DNA from: Octopus bimaculoides
Lineage: Eukaryota
Length of the DNA stretch: 64,000 nt
Assembly (NCBI RefSeq): GCF_001194135.2
Contig: NC_068990.1
Coordinates: 57,663,872 to 57,727,871, forward strand
Direction: 5' to 3'
The translations under genes were made by a program, and so were the position numbers. Positions 12,148-24,083 of this stretch are shown here, piece after piece. The first letter of the stretch is position 1. The number at the start of each line of letters is the position of its first letter. The notes under the pieces were generated by a model. The model saw only the letters and a list, made by a program, of their open reading frames with translations, ran no database searches and was not told where the DNA came from.

Positions 12148-12360
12148 GGTTTCAAATTACGGCACAAGGCCAGCAAGTTTGTAGTAGGAGAGGTTAGTGG
12201 ATTACACTGAGCGCCAGCGTTCAGCTGGTACTTAATTCATCGACCGCGAAAGGATGAAAAGGCAAAATCGATCTTGGCGGAATTTCAACTCAGAATGTAA
12301 TGACGGCCGAAATGCCGCTAAGTATTAGGCCCAGCGTGTTAATGTCCCTTCTACCAGTTC
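12148..12360 (-). mobile_element. SINE family A copy, diverged
   Basis: GGCACAAGGCCAGC..CTGGTACTTAATTCATCGACC..AAAGGATGAAAAGGC..GGCGGAATTTCAACTCAG. Confidence 0.8.
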
Positions 12361-12483
12361 AGTACCTTTGGTTGTATAAATATCATCAAACAAATATATA
12401 AGAATTTAGAGAATATTTAGTTATAAATATTTGTGATAGGGTTATTCATGATCTAAAGAAGTGCCAAAACAATTATTTCTTAC

Positions 12484-12653
12484 ATTTTTATTGATTTTAT
12501 ATCGCAATCGATGAACAATAACGTCGTCATTTACAGGTTCCAGAGTGATCCACACTTGACATACTTCAGACGGTGCATATTTTGGCGGTAATAAATCTGT
12601 TCTTGTAAAGACCTTCATTTGTACAGTACCTGTTTTCCATCGATGCAAGCACC
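12484..12653 (-). CDS. Candidate coding exon, possibly the N-terminal half of a CUB-like extracellular domain
   Basis: Acceptor ..TTTTGTATCGGCTAAG (or in-frame AAAACAG at 12629), donor AAT|GTAAGA; open frame CLHRWKTGTVQMKVFTRTDLLPPKYAPSEVCQVWITLEPVNDDVIVHRLRYKINKN. No partner exon found. Confidence 0.3.
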
Positions 12654-13058
12654 CTTAGCCGATACAAAATGCCAAAAGATGTACAACATTATGTACACAC
12701 ACAATACACACATGCACACACATGCGTACACACACATACACAGGTATACACACTCTCATGAGAACACAGACGCACACGAGCACAAAAGCAAGAGTATGTT
12801 TTCGATGGAGCAACAAGGCTCCAACTTAAATATATAAGTCAATACCAAACCAAGATATAAATGTAATGCTTTTATTACACACTCGTATACCACAACATAA
12901 TCGAGTGTGAGTTAATAGCATGTGCGATGTTTTCGTCAATTGCTTCAGGTGACCATATAGTCACAAGAAAACATACTAACCTTTTCAACTTTTCTGCGTT
13001 TTTTCAGTGTGTTGTGTTTTCTTCATGTGTTTGACTTCTCGTTACTTTGTGTGCATCA

Positions 13059-13060
<2 letters not shown>

Positions 13061-13136
<76 letters not shown>
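13061..13136. repeat. (TA)n microsatellite
   Basis: Direct reading. Confidence 0.98.
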
Positions 13137-13142
<6 letters not shown>

Positions 13143-13450
13143 TTCATATAAAGGGCATTATTACAGAAAAATAATAACGCCACACAGTGGACTTCTCAAA
13201 ATAACCACATTTAGTACCTAATGCGAGGAAAAACAACCAACGAATAATTATATTCTTGGGAATAGAAATTTCCCTTATGAATTTTTTTACACACTGGCTT
13301 TTTGATAAAATTCTTGTAAAAGAGTTTTATCCCTTTTTGAATATATATACATATATACATATGTATGTATATATAAATACATATATATATATAAATATAT
13401 GCATATACACACACATACACACACACATATATAAAGAGAGTGAGAGAAGG

Positions 13451-13497
<47 letters not shown>

Positions 13498-13523
13498 TAG
13501 ATAGGTAGATAGATACGCGCGCG

Positions 13524-13562
<39 letters not shown>

Positions 13563-16007
13563 GTATATATAAGACGGACATCCTAGCAGTTTGACGGCTA
13601 TATTTATTTAATTCTACTACATTCAAGCTGTGCTAGAAGTCACTAGTCCAAACTGTCGCACAATGGAATCGAACGTGGGATTACGTGGTTGCAAAGTTAA
13701 CATCCTGACCATACAGTCATTGATGCGGTAACTCTTGCGCTATAATCGATGTCAGTTCTGATTAGCCTTTACTTTTCTCATTGTACTGAGTATGTGACAG
13801 GCACCTGCAAGACAGAAGCTGGTCCTTTACGCCCCTGATTTTCCCCTTACAGATTCATTCTGACTGCACAACATGATGGTGCTGACACCTATCCTCTTAA
13901 AAACCATCTACATCTGTGTGGGTGTTTGTGTGATTGCATGTGTATGTATCTTTGCATTAGTCTCTATGAATGTATCTGTGTGTGTGATTGTTTTTGTGCA
14001 ATCGTGTATTTGCATGCGTGTATTAGTATAAACGTTTGTGCATTTTGTGTTAGTGTATATGATGATGTGTGACCCTAGAATATGAATCTATAGAGGTAAC
14101 AGTTGATGTATAAGATTAATTATTTTATTGTTTATGATAAAGAGTGGAAGACATGAGAGAATTAAGAGAAAGCTGATTTGCAATTAGTGTTAGAGTACTG
14201 TTGATAAACATAAACTCATTTGTTGTCGTATCTTTATCGTCATTTCGGTTGTTCTTAAAACGAGCATACTCCATTTAATATAGCTAGCCAATCAATTACG
14301 AACACTTGTGGATAATTTCTCGTATTATAACCGCCGTAAAATTTGATATGTAATTATATTTTTATCACATTTCCCCTTCGCTAATATCATGGCTTTAGCT
14401 TAGTTGTGCTAAAACTCTCGTTGTATAGTTGCCTAAATATATACGAAATATTAAGCTTGCATAATTATTGTCGGTCTTCCCACTACACTGATAAAACGAA
14501 CAATGTATCTTTGAAACATTTCAGCTGCTCTTTATATATAAATAATTGCCTTTATTCAACTAATGCATGTATAGATTTAATTTCCTATCACCTGGCAGCT
14601 GTAGCTACATAATTACTTACATCAGAATTGTTTTACCTGTAAACTTTCTGCTTGAGATTGCCATATTACTTTCCATACACATTATTAGTTATATTGAGAA
14701 TGTTAATATTACGCAGAGAACCATTTGTGCTTTTAATATGGGTAGACCGTCGAACAAAATGTCTTACTGTATTTATTTCATATCTTTACTTTCTAAGTTC
14801 AAATACCGAGATTTCAAGCTGTATGCCTCGCCTTTACAGGGTAGGTTAAATAAAGTACCTGTCAAATACTGGGGTCGATTTAAGCAACTGTTTCCTTTCC
14901 TGAAATTCAATATTCCCTTTCGTGGATTGTGCTTGCATAAACAATTAGTATTTTAACAAAGAAATGATGGGAATTGACGTATCTGTTATCACGACAAATA
15001 CCTTGCGGTATTTGCTTCACTGATATCGTTTTGAGTTCAAATCCTAGAAAGTTGGCTGCCCTTTTAAACAGGGGGCGATAAAATAATGTACTAAATATTT
15101 TTATTTTCTGCCAATGCTAGAAATGTTCCAATAAGGAAAACGATGGTGGATTAGCAGAACCGCAACAGTGTCAGACAAAATAACTTGCTCGTTTTAGATT
15201 TACTCCTTTACGATCTGAGTTCAAATCCTAACAAAGTTTCTTTTGCCTTTACACCTTCTAGGTCCTATAAAGATAAAATATTATACATAGTCATATAGGA
15301 GGACAGAGACCGATATAATCGATTGTCTTCTCTCTTTAAAATTTGGTGTTCCCTCTAAAATTTAAGAGGTGGATGGTAGTTTCATCTCACTCATTCCTGA
15401 ATTCCAATCTCATCGCATTTGAGTTTTCCTTTCACGATTCTAAGGTCGATAAATCCAGTAAGATTAGTTGTTGCTTAGGTCTAGGTCAGCCTTGATCATG
15501 AAAACCTAGTACAAAGGCATTACAATCGTGACCATCGCATTATTTTGTGCACGGAAACTAAAGTCACATTATTCAATGTCAGTGGTGTATAATTTGAGGG
15601 AGATGTGGCTAGTATTTCTATTAAGTCGAGAAACCCCGTATAGGTTCCTTGGTTGGATAGATTCAATATCAGTAATATACTATAAACAATTCAAACAGCC
15701 AGGAATTCTCGAAACATTTAATATATCATTTTACGAATGTATGTCTTTGAACCAACGCAAAGTTCATTATTCTCAATATAAAAATTAGATTTTATTGTTA
15801 TTCCAGTAATAATGTTGAGTATCTAACAAAAAACAAAACGAAAAAATAATTGGCGATTTTTGCAAGTCACGTTGCTTCAATAAGCTTGACAACAGAAAAT
15901 GGTTTTAAAATTAACATTTCTCAACAAAAGATAGATTAGTATAGTCAACTATTTTCCTCTGTTAAGGGTAATGAAATTTTGAATGGATACATCTGCTTTC
16001 TGCTGTA

Positions 16008-16221
16008 CAGTAATCCCTCGCCATATCGCGGTTCACCTATTGCAGTTTATTATTTAACCTTACGTCTATTTCTCCGTGTTGTTGTTTTGCCTTTATAATA
16101 GAAGTATATGCAAATTATAAAAATAATCTTAAAAAATTATACAGTACTGTTTCTACTTCGCGGATTTTCACCTATCACGGGGGGGGGGAGCGTAACACCC
16201 ACGATAGTCGCGGAATTACTG
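16008..16221. mobile_element. Tc1/mariner (pogo-type) MITE
   Basis: TA|CAGTAATCCCTCG..CGCGGAATTACTG|TA: imperfect TIRs with TA flanks; second copy at 41.3-41.6 kb. Confidence 0.85.
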
Positions 16222-16745
16222 TAAAAGTGTAAACAAAATATAAAGTTATTAAATAACTGAAATTCTATAGAGAGTATAAGTGCAACTAATTTTGCGCATT
16301 CGTGTTGAGTTCAAATTCGGCCGGCATAGATCTCACTTTTTACCTCTTACAACAACAAACTTACACATAGACTCCTACGATAATTATTGGTCTTTGTGTA
16401 AGATTTTGTACCAGTATAAGGAAGTAGTTAAGTCAGCACCGAATAAGGAGAGCTTACTTCATCGTCATTTGAAAGAAAATAAGTAAAAATTTAAACTGGA
16501 ATTCGTAAATTCCAAATGAAATTTTCTATTTACCTCGCCTATGCTCAGCTGAATTAAATAACATTTTATCACAAACCAACATAGGGAAACACAATAGACT
16601 CACTCAAACTGCTAAAATCGCAGCGAAATCAAACTCAAAGCAGACTCTTTCGATTTTCAAGCAAGAACGAAACATTCAACTGATGTAGCCATAGACGTAT
16701 TGCTTGTGTTGCATCCTTCTTTTCGTCTCTCTCTATCTCTCTCTC

Positions 16746-16777
<32 letters not shown>

Positions 16778-17084
16778 ACACCCTTTCTCTCATATTCATA
16801 CGCACACACATACACACAGACTCATACACGTACACACAAACATACAAATGGAATGAAGGCATTCAATACAAAATGTACTGCGTATTTTTTAAATATATTT
16901 CTCTGGTGCCTTTGCAAGTAAATTTTATATTTAAAAATGTTCTCCTTCATAAACATCCTACACTTTTTAGTACTGACTGAGGATTAACGCTGATATATAT
17001 CAATATGCATCTGTCCTACGAAACCATCGGTATGAATTCCATTAGATATCCGAACATACGTGCACACATACATACGCACACAAA

Positions 17085-17360
17085 TACATCATCATCATCG
17101 TCATCGTCGTTGTTGTCGTCATCGTCGTTGTTGTCGTCATCGTCGTCATCGGTTTGAGCCTGTTCAGATTCGCGTTACCCTGACCACCCACTCATCTCTA
17201 TGCTCCATACTATGCTTGACAATTCCTCTTCGTGGCATATAGTATCGTGTGTTGTTGACTGATCGACATATATCTCCATAGAACTTTTAATACGATTACG
17301 ACTATTTCGAGGATACCAACGTAGTTGGTTACTACCCAGATCCTTCTTTCTTCTCTAGCA
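17085..17360 (-). mobile_element. RTE-clade LINE 3' end with (GAT/GAC)n tail
   Basis: Minus strand gives QLRWYPR..IYVDQ..EEL..EHRDEWVVRV across frameshifts, then a trinucleotide tail. Confidence 0.6.
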
Positions 17361-18190
17361 GTGTCCGGAAAACCGCAAAGAAAATTATATACATATATGA
17401 CAATCTATGAATACTGAAGAGTCTGAAGTCAACGGAGTAATTTCAAGCGATGGAAGGGCCACTTCCAGAATCTCTTGGAAAAACCTATAATTATTAACCA
17501 CAGACCTACAAACCTATAGAAAATTTCATTAATGGCTAACTGAATAGTAAAGTGAATAACTTCATAATTTATTATCTAACAAAATTCTGACTAAAATATA
17601 TAAAAAAAAAAAAATAGAAAGGCCCCTAATTTTCAAATGCTAGGAATTTTTGATTAAAAATATAATTTCTTCTGTAGATCCGTTAATTGTGGTCTTAGCT
17701 AAATATAGAACATTAACAAGTAGACGATAGACATAGCCTCAGATTGTATAAAGCATTCTAGTTAGATGTAATGTTTAGCGTCATTAAGACTTCCAGATTT
17801 ATGTCTCATAGCAATAAGCTATTATTGAAGACATCATTAATTATAACGTAGGAAAAATTGCCACAACATATACAAGCTAAAAAGCAGAAATAAATTAAAA
17901 TACACCCCTGATACCCATGAGTTTATGCAATAGATAAGGAGCACAATACTGAAAAATGATGCTATTTCGAAATATGTTAGCTCCGTATGTGTGTGTATGT
18001 TTCCCTGTGTACTTTTCTCTATGTGTTTTTCTGTGTTTATTTGTATGTGTCCATGTATCTTTTTCTATACCAATAACATTCTTTATTGGCAGTTCACAAG
18101 ATTTTAGAAAATTTTGAAACAGCTTCGACAACGAATGAATGCTGACGACAAGAATTGTGTTAGTGGGAGTAACATCAGCCTAGTCCTGAG

Positions 18191-18557
18191 TTGTTGTTGT
18201 TGGCCCTCCGTCGCTTACGACGTCGAGGGTTCTAGTTGATCCGATCGACAGAACAGCCTGCTCGTGAAATTAACGTGCAAGTGACTGAGCACTCCACAGA
18301 CACGTGTACCCTTAACGTAGTTCTCGGGGATATTCAGCGTGACACAGTGTGACAAGGCTGACCCTTTGAATTACAGGCACAACAGAAACAGGAAGTAAGA
18401 GAAAGTTGTTGTGGAAGAGTACAGCAGGGTTCGCCACCATCTCCTGCTGGAGCTTTTAGGTGTTTTCGCTCAATAAACACTCACAACGCCCGGTCTGGGA
18501 ATCGAAACCGCGATCCTACAACCGCGAGTCCGCTGCTCTGACCACTGGGCAATTGCG
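18191..18557 (-). mobile_element. tRNA-derived SINE family C, full length, (CAA)n tail
   Basis: Sense head GCAATTGCCCAGTGGTCAGAGCAGCGGACTCGCGG..GGTTTCGATTCCCAG contains A/B-box-like motifs; 3' end ..GAACCCTCGACGTCGTAAGCGACGGAGGGCCAACAACAAC. Confidence 0.85.
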
Positions 18558-19799
18558 TATATAAACAATAAACTAACATAGGTTGTGGGAAATTAACTCC
18601 ATATTGGTCAAAAACTGTCCAAAGTATTTTGTAACTATGAAGAGAAAGATTAGTCATTAGGTTATGACTTTTTTCTCTCCTTGGTATCTATAGCAATTAT
18701 GCGTATTGCTGAAATCAGTAGTTGTTGGTAGTGTCAGTAAGTAATGTCTTTTTAGAAATGTCTTATGGTCCAATAAACTTTTGACAAATTCTTAAAACGA
18801 GAAGGAGCCAGGTGAGACCTGGAGCTACATGGAATGGCATATTTCGAAGTTAAGAAATTAAATCCATCATGGTCAACGCGTTTTATCAAATTGGAGTGAT
18901 CTGGAAAATATTACGACTTGGTAACTGCAATTTGCTGCTAGAGACGTAAAGATAATGGCGGGGAATTAAGGAGAATTTTAACAAGGTTTTCTTGTATATG
19001 TGAAGTGTGGAGTTGACAGTAAAACAAGCAGCAAATGCAGTGTTTTATCTGCAGGAGTACATTTCTTGTAACCATCTTGATTTTCAAGCAATGGCGGGTA
19101 TAAATATTCTAAAACGTCCGTAAGACAAAACACCACCGTTGGCAATACAACAGACTGCATCCTGCAACTTATATGGTGAGAAAGCCTATAGGCCGTGAAA
19201 TACGGAAAACTAGATAAATTTGCTATGTTTGTAATTTTACTATATAGTTTTACCTGTATTATATTGTACATTGATAGACAAAGCGACGAGCTGGCAGAAT
19301 CGTTAGCACACAGGGGAAAAATGCTTAGCAGTATTTCGCCTATCTTTAAATTAAGTACTAGATGAATACTGGAGTCGAAATTGCTGACCTTGTGCCAAAA
19401 TTTGAAACATATACTGTTTATTGACACTGTATGGACCGAGATGCCCATCGACAGACGATATATATTAAATAAAGTGTTAAACACTTAATGCTCCAGTTCT
19501 CTGTAGCTACAGTATTCGTTGAGTTTATATACAAATCGGCTGCTTATCTCCCTGAGTTTAGTCAAACGATGTAGACACCTACAAGGAGAACCAATATGGC
19601 TCGGAAATCGATGAAGGTTGTTCATTTTTTTATAATCTGCAGATTTTCCATGTTTGCATTTCTATTATATAGATTTATATAATATGTTCTCAAGACGGCT
19701 GCTTTCTCTGTTACTGGATGAGGAAACGCCTCCTATATGGCGATGAAGAGATATGGCAATGAATGATATTTATCACAGGTTATGCAAGCAGTAATTTTT

Positions 19800-21280
19800 G
19801 CCAGAACACCTACAGCTCAGCTTCAAGGAAACGACTTGGGATTTTGGAGAATGTAATGTTTGATTGCATAGAAACATACTTTGGAGGATGACATTGATCT
19901 TTTGATTAAGTCTTAGTTGATAAGTAAAGTACATTTCATAGTGAGTGGAATCAATGTAAGGTTTTCGAATGTTTGACTAGATTTTAGCTGATCTGAAATA
20001 CCAGATAATTTGAGAGTATGGTTGTTGTATAGTAGGAAGACATGTTATAGTTAACTTTGAATAAACTGTCATCAGACTGTGGTGATGGAGCCATTGGCAG
20101 CGATGACAGGACAATGGCTAGGTAAGGATTTGGTTATGAGGTGAAAATGTGATCAAAAAGTATTTGGAATGACAGTGTTTCGTTTCGAGATGCAGGTTTT
20201 TAATGACACCAACTAACGTAGGTATTTCAAGGTGACAAAAGATTCGGTTTCTGTACCAGCAGTGTCGTTAGGAAAGCATTAAGCAGTCAGGAATAGTTGG
20301 GTACACTGAAGCCACTGAAGATTGTGACTTCAATTTCATGTACGATAGACGACCTCAATGCAGAGTTAGAGATAGTTGAAAAGCTGCCAGTGGCTGAAAG
20401 TATTTGAATAAAGTCAAAGAGGATGGTGGATTTAGAAGCAGAAGCAGAAGGAAAAGAGAGTTTGAAGGCAGTTGTGATGCTGAAGTTTGTATAAGAGATG
20501 AGCGTTATAAAGTGTTCCTTTTACAAAGGTGGTGACATGACCAATGAGAAGAATCTGGATTAATTACGCACCCCATACCACCACATACTCACTTCCCTTA
20601 TGCCCATCTCTANNNNNNNNNNCCCACCTGACTTCTAACCCCCTTTCTTCCCTATTTTTTCCAAACACCTTTTCATATTTTATTTTCATTTTTCTGATGA
20701 CGGATCAGCATCCAAAGCCTTAAAAATCTCCCTTGTTTCTCAGCGTTAAGCTAACATGAAACTTGTTAGAACTTGTCTCAGTGTTATCATCTTTCACTAC
20801 ACGACGCTTTTTATGAAATTTAACCTAGACAGTAGAAACGGATTAGAAATAGAGAATTGTAACTGACGAGAGACACGGAATTGCTGTGGGTTCTTCTTAT
20901 TGTAGTGTCTAATTCATACTGTACATACTTTTCATAAATTTGTAATGTTCGTGTTGATGTTAAAGGTTTTTCATAACTTATAGTTAAAAGGAGCATACTG
21001 AACAAATTGTAAACGACATGGTTACATATTAAATGGTAATGCATACGGCGTTTGTCCTGTACATCTAGAAAATAACAGTCTGTATATTCGTAAACTACTA
21101 CTATTATGCACGTTACTTCTGAAACAAGAACGTAGCAGTAGAATAAATGATATATATGTACATCACGCTCCACTGTAGCATCTCTCTCATACGAACTTCA
21201 GTATAACAATTGCCTTCAAACCCTCTTTTCCTTCTGCTTCTGCTTCGAAATCTATCCTCTTTGACTTTATTCAAATTTTT
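19800..21280. mobile_element. Probable decayed Penelope-like element with an internal inversion
   Basis: Hammerhead-like motif at 20688-20727 plus the downstream motif shared with the 10.4/36.2 kb elements; about 100-bp inverted duplication (20402-20502 vs 21179-21276). ORF remnants are not decisively recognisable. Confidence 0.45.
20688..20727 (+). ncRNA. Degenerate minimal type-I hammerhead motif
   Basis: ATTTTT-CTGATGA-c-GGAT cagc ATCC-AAAGCCTT (canonical GAAACGTT)-AAAAAT: stems I and II intact, GAAA core mutated. Confidence 0.5.
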
Positions 21281-21460
21281 TACTTCATGTGATTTGTAGT
21301 CTGTTTATTTCCAGGCACAAAGCTGGAATTTCAAATGAGTACGTTAACAAGGTCTAAAATAATTAACAGTTAATTCAGAAACAAATATAACGGATGGGAT
21401 TCAAGGTGATAGAAGGTGAAATTGCCAATATGTGCGATCCGTTTTAATTCATTCATTACT

Positions 21461-21823
21461 CTTTTACTTGTTTCAGTCATTTGACTGCGGCCATGCTGGA
21501 GCACCGCCTTTAGTTGAGAAAATCGACCCCAGGACTTATTCTTTGTAAGCCTAGAACTTATTCTATCGGTCTCTTTTTGCCGAACCGCTAAGTTACGGGG
21601 ACATAAACACACCAGCACTGGTTGTCAAGTGATGGTGGGGGACAAGCACAGACACACAAACACACATACATATATATATAAACATATATACGACGGGCTT
21701 CTTTCAGTTTCCGTCTACCAAATCCACTCACAAGGCTTTGGTCGGCCCGAGGCTAAAGTAGAAGACAATTGCCCAAGGTGCCACGCACTGGGACTGAACC
21801 CGGAACCATGTGGTTGGTAAGCA
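21461..21823 (-). mobile_element. SINE family B copy
   Basis: Colinear with 9031-9429; the extreme 5' end is missing. Confidence 0.9.
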
Positions 21824-22877
21824 TGTTAATTTCATTTTTAAAGTCTATTCAAGTTTTAATAACCAAATAGTAAATTTTAAACCAGGAACTAAGTACTACG
21901 TGAAACGTTTTGCGCAGCAAAGAATGAAGACATTCTTTAAAAAAGATATAAAATGAAGTTATAAACAAAGGATAATAAATGTTGAAAACGATAGCCTAAA
22001 GTATTTCATAGGCAATGTTCCAGGATAATCTAGTTAGCAATGTGTGTGCGTGCGTGTGTGCATGTGTGCGCGCGTCTGTGTGTACGTGTCGCTTTGTCTG
22101 CGTGTGTGCATGCATGTCTGTATATATATATATACTGTATTACATAACATATATATGTATGTATATACGCAGGTAAATATATGTATACATACACACACAC
22201 GCACATATCTATATATATACACACAGACATGTACATACATACACACATACATACATTCATGCGCAACCGAGCGTCTGTGTGGGTGTGTAAGGAATATTTC
22301 TTGTATGAATATCGCTAGACTGTTAGATTGGTATTATATAAATCAAATGTATCTATCTATTCAGGTGACTAAGTCGATAACCATTATATTTAAGCAGATG
22401 CTCTTAGATTTCACTGCGAACACTTTTACGGATGATGTGACAACTTGCAAACGAAAGATAAAAGACGAAACTGAAAATATAAAAAAAAATGTAGCTCCTT
22501 AATTCAAAACTATTTAACTTTTATTAAAATGGCTTACTTGTTTTATTTATCATATATATATGGATGATATAGAAAAGGTAAACAAAAAAGAAAGAAAAGG
22601 CAGTCTATTCTATTTATGAGTCTGATGTCGCTTAAATTCCGTAACAGAAAATCACAATCTTTATGGCGAAAACATTACGTAATTTTCGAAGTAATTATTT
22701 CCGTTTTCTCTGTTTTCTAACTTTCAAAACTATATATTATTTACATCATGACGTATTTTAAAAGATGAGCCAAGAAACCAACTGGCAAAGAAGCATGTGA
22801 AATGAGATGTATTGGCGAACAGTCTGAAAGAACAGTAGCTATAAGTATGCATTATGCATATACACACACACCCACAC

Positions 22878-22879
<2 letters not shown>

Positions 22880-22961
<82 letters not shown>
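22880..22961. repeat. (CA)n microsatellite
   Basis: Direct reading. Confidence 0.98.
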
Positions 22962-22964
<3 letters not shown>

Positions 22965-23677
22965 TACAAACAAACATGCATAGAGGTTGAGAAGCTATAA
23001 ATCTGTTTGGTATTCAGCCATATATTTGCTAACCAGTTTAGGAGTAAGGTGTCGTAATTACATATCACGTTCTAACGTAGGTGTCACTATCTTCTACCAT
23101 TAATCCATCAATACATCACTTCGTGTCACTTCTTGGCTACTTTTTCTTATTTTCTTCTCACCTGCTGACTTTCTCTTCAATTTTTGCATGGTTCACACTA
23201 TTTCTTTCTTCGGTTTCTTTCATTCATTTATATACTTTCTTTCATGCCAGACACTTTCTCGGGCGCCGTTTCTTTTTGTTTTATTAATAATGCGCTTCCT
23301 TTTTCTCTTAGAACATAAATATCCTCGTAACCACACTTATATAGACAAAAAGTTTTCTTATTTTTTTCTCTTCTCTCTCTCTCTTTTCTTCTTTAATACA
23401 TCCCCGCTATTTATTAACCACGATTCCTTGTCATTTTATAGTTTTCGTCGACAGTTTTTTTATTCTTGTTCATTCTTCTCTCTGCATGTGGTCTATGAAC
23501 TGCTATTGCCTGCTGTCATAATCGAACGACCAAGATAAATAGGAATGTCATGTTTAGAAACAATCTTTTCCATTTTCTATCAGCTGAGCGGTATTCATTG
23601 ATGTCAGCCAGCAGTCATCTCTCATCGTTCGTGCTGCAGTTGTCTACAAACACACTTGTCTATTTCCGAATGCTTAC

Positions 23678-23729
23678 AATCGTATCGCTGCTGATATCAG
23701 TAACCAAACACCGAGTTTAAAGTATGCAT
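23678..23729 (-). other. Candidate 52-nt exon
   Basis: TATTTCTTTCTCAG|ATGCATAC..ACGATT|GTAAGC; only open frame xAYFKLGVWLLISAAIR. Confidence 0.3.
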
Positions 23730-23792
23730 CTGAGAAAGAAATACTGCTGTCTACTATTCATGTACACATACATAAATACACCCACATGCACA

Positions 23793-23842
<50 letters not shown>

Positions 23843-23997
23843 CACACGTTGTTGCTTTGCAAAGTTAGACGAAAGCCCATCGCAAGTTTTATAGGATTAC
23901 ATCGCCAAAGCTATCTCTCAAGGGCAAATAAGAGAGAATTATATCGATAAAACCAATTTAATGCCTGCTAGATGAATAAGCGACAGTGGCCACTTAC

Positions 23998-24083
23998 GTT
24001 TTGGATAAGATCACCAAGTTCATGAACCAGTATTTCATTTTTCATCGCCAAATAAAAACAGAGAAGAAATTGTTAGAATGTAT
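23998..24083 (-). other. Candidate 86-nt exon (UTR or non-coding)
   Basis: Very strong acceptor TTTTTTATTTCATCTCTTCTTTAAG and donor AAC|GTAAGT; no frame is open across the whole segment. Confidence 0.35.

Noticed and set aside
12940-12980. Possible further hammerhead (GTGAC-catata-GTCAC hairpin before GAAA, T-rich tract ending at (TA)n)
   Set aside because: No CUGANGA core and wrong spacing to GAAA; too degenerate to call.
18480-18557. tRNA gene (also the heads at 9350-9429 and 43060-43126)
   Set aside because: These are A/B-box tRNA-like heads attached to SINE bodies; no complete cloverleaf.
18978-19484. 168-aa minus-strand ORF as a gene
   Set aside because: Its 5' half runs through a SINE family A remnant (about 19280-19400); no domain recognised.
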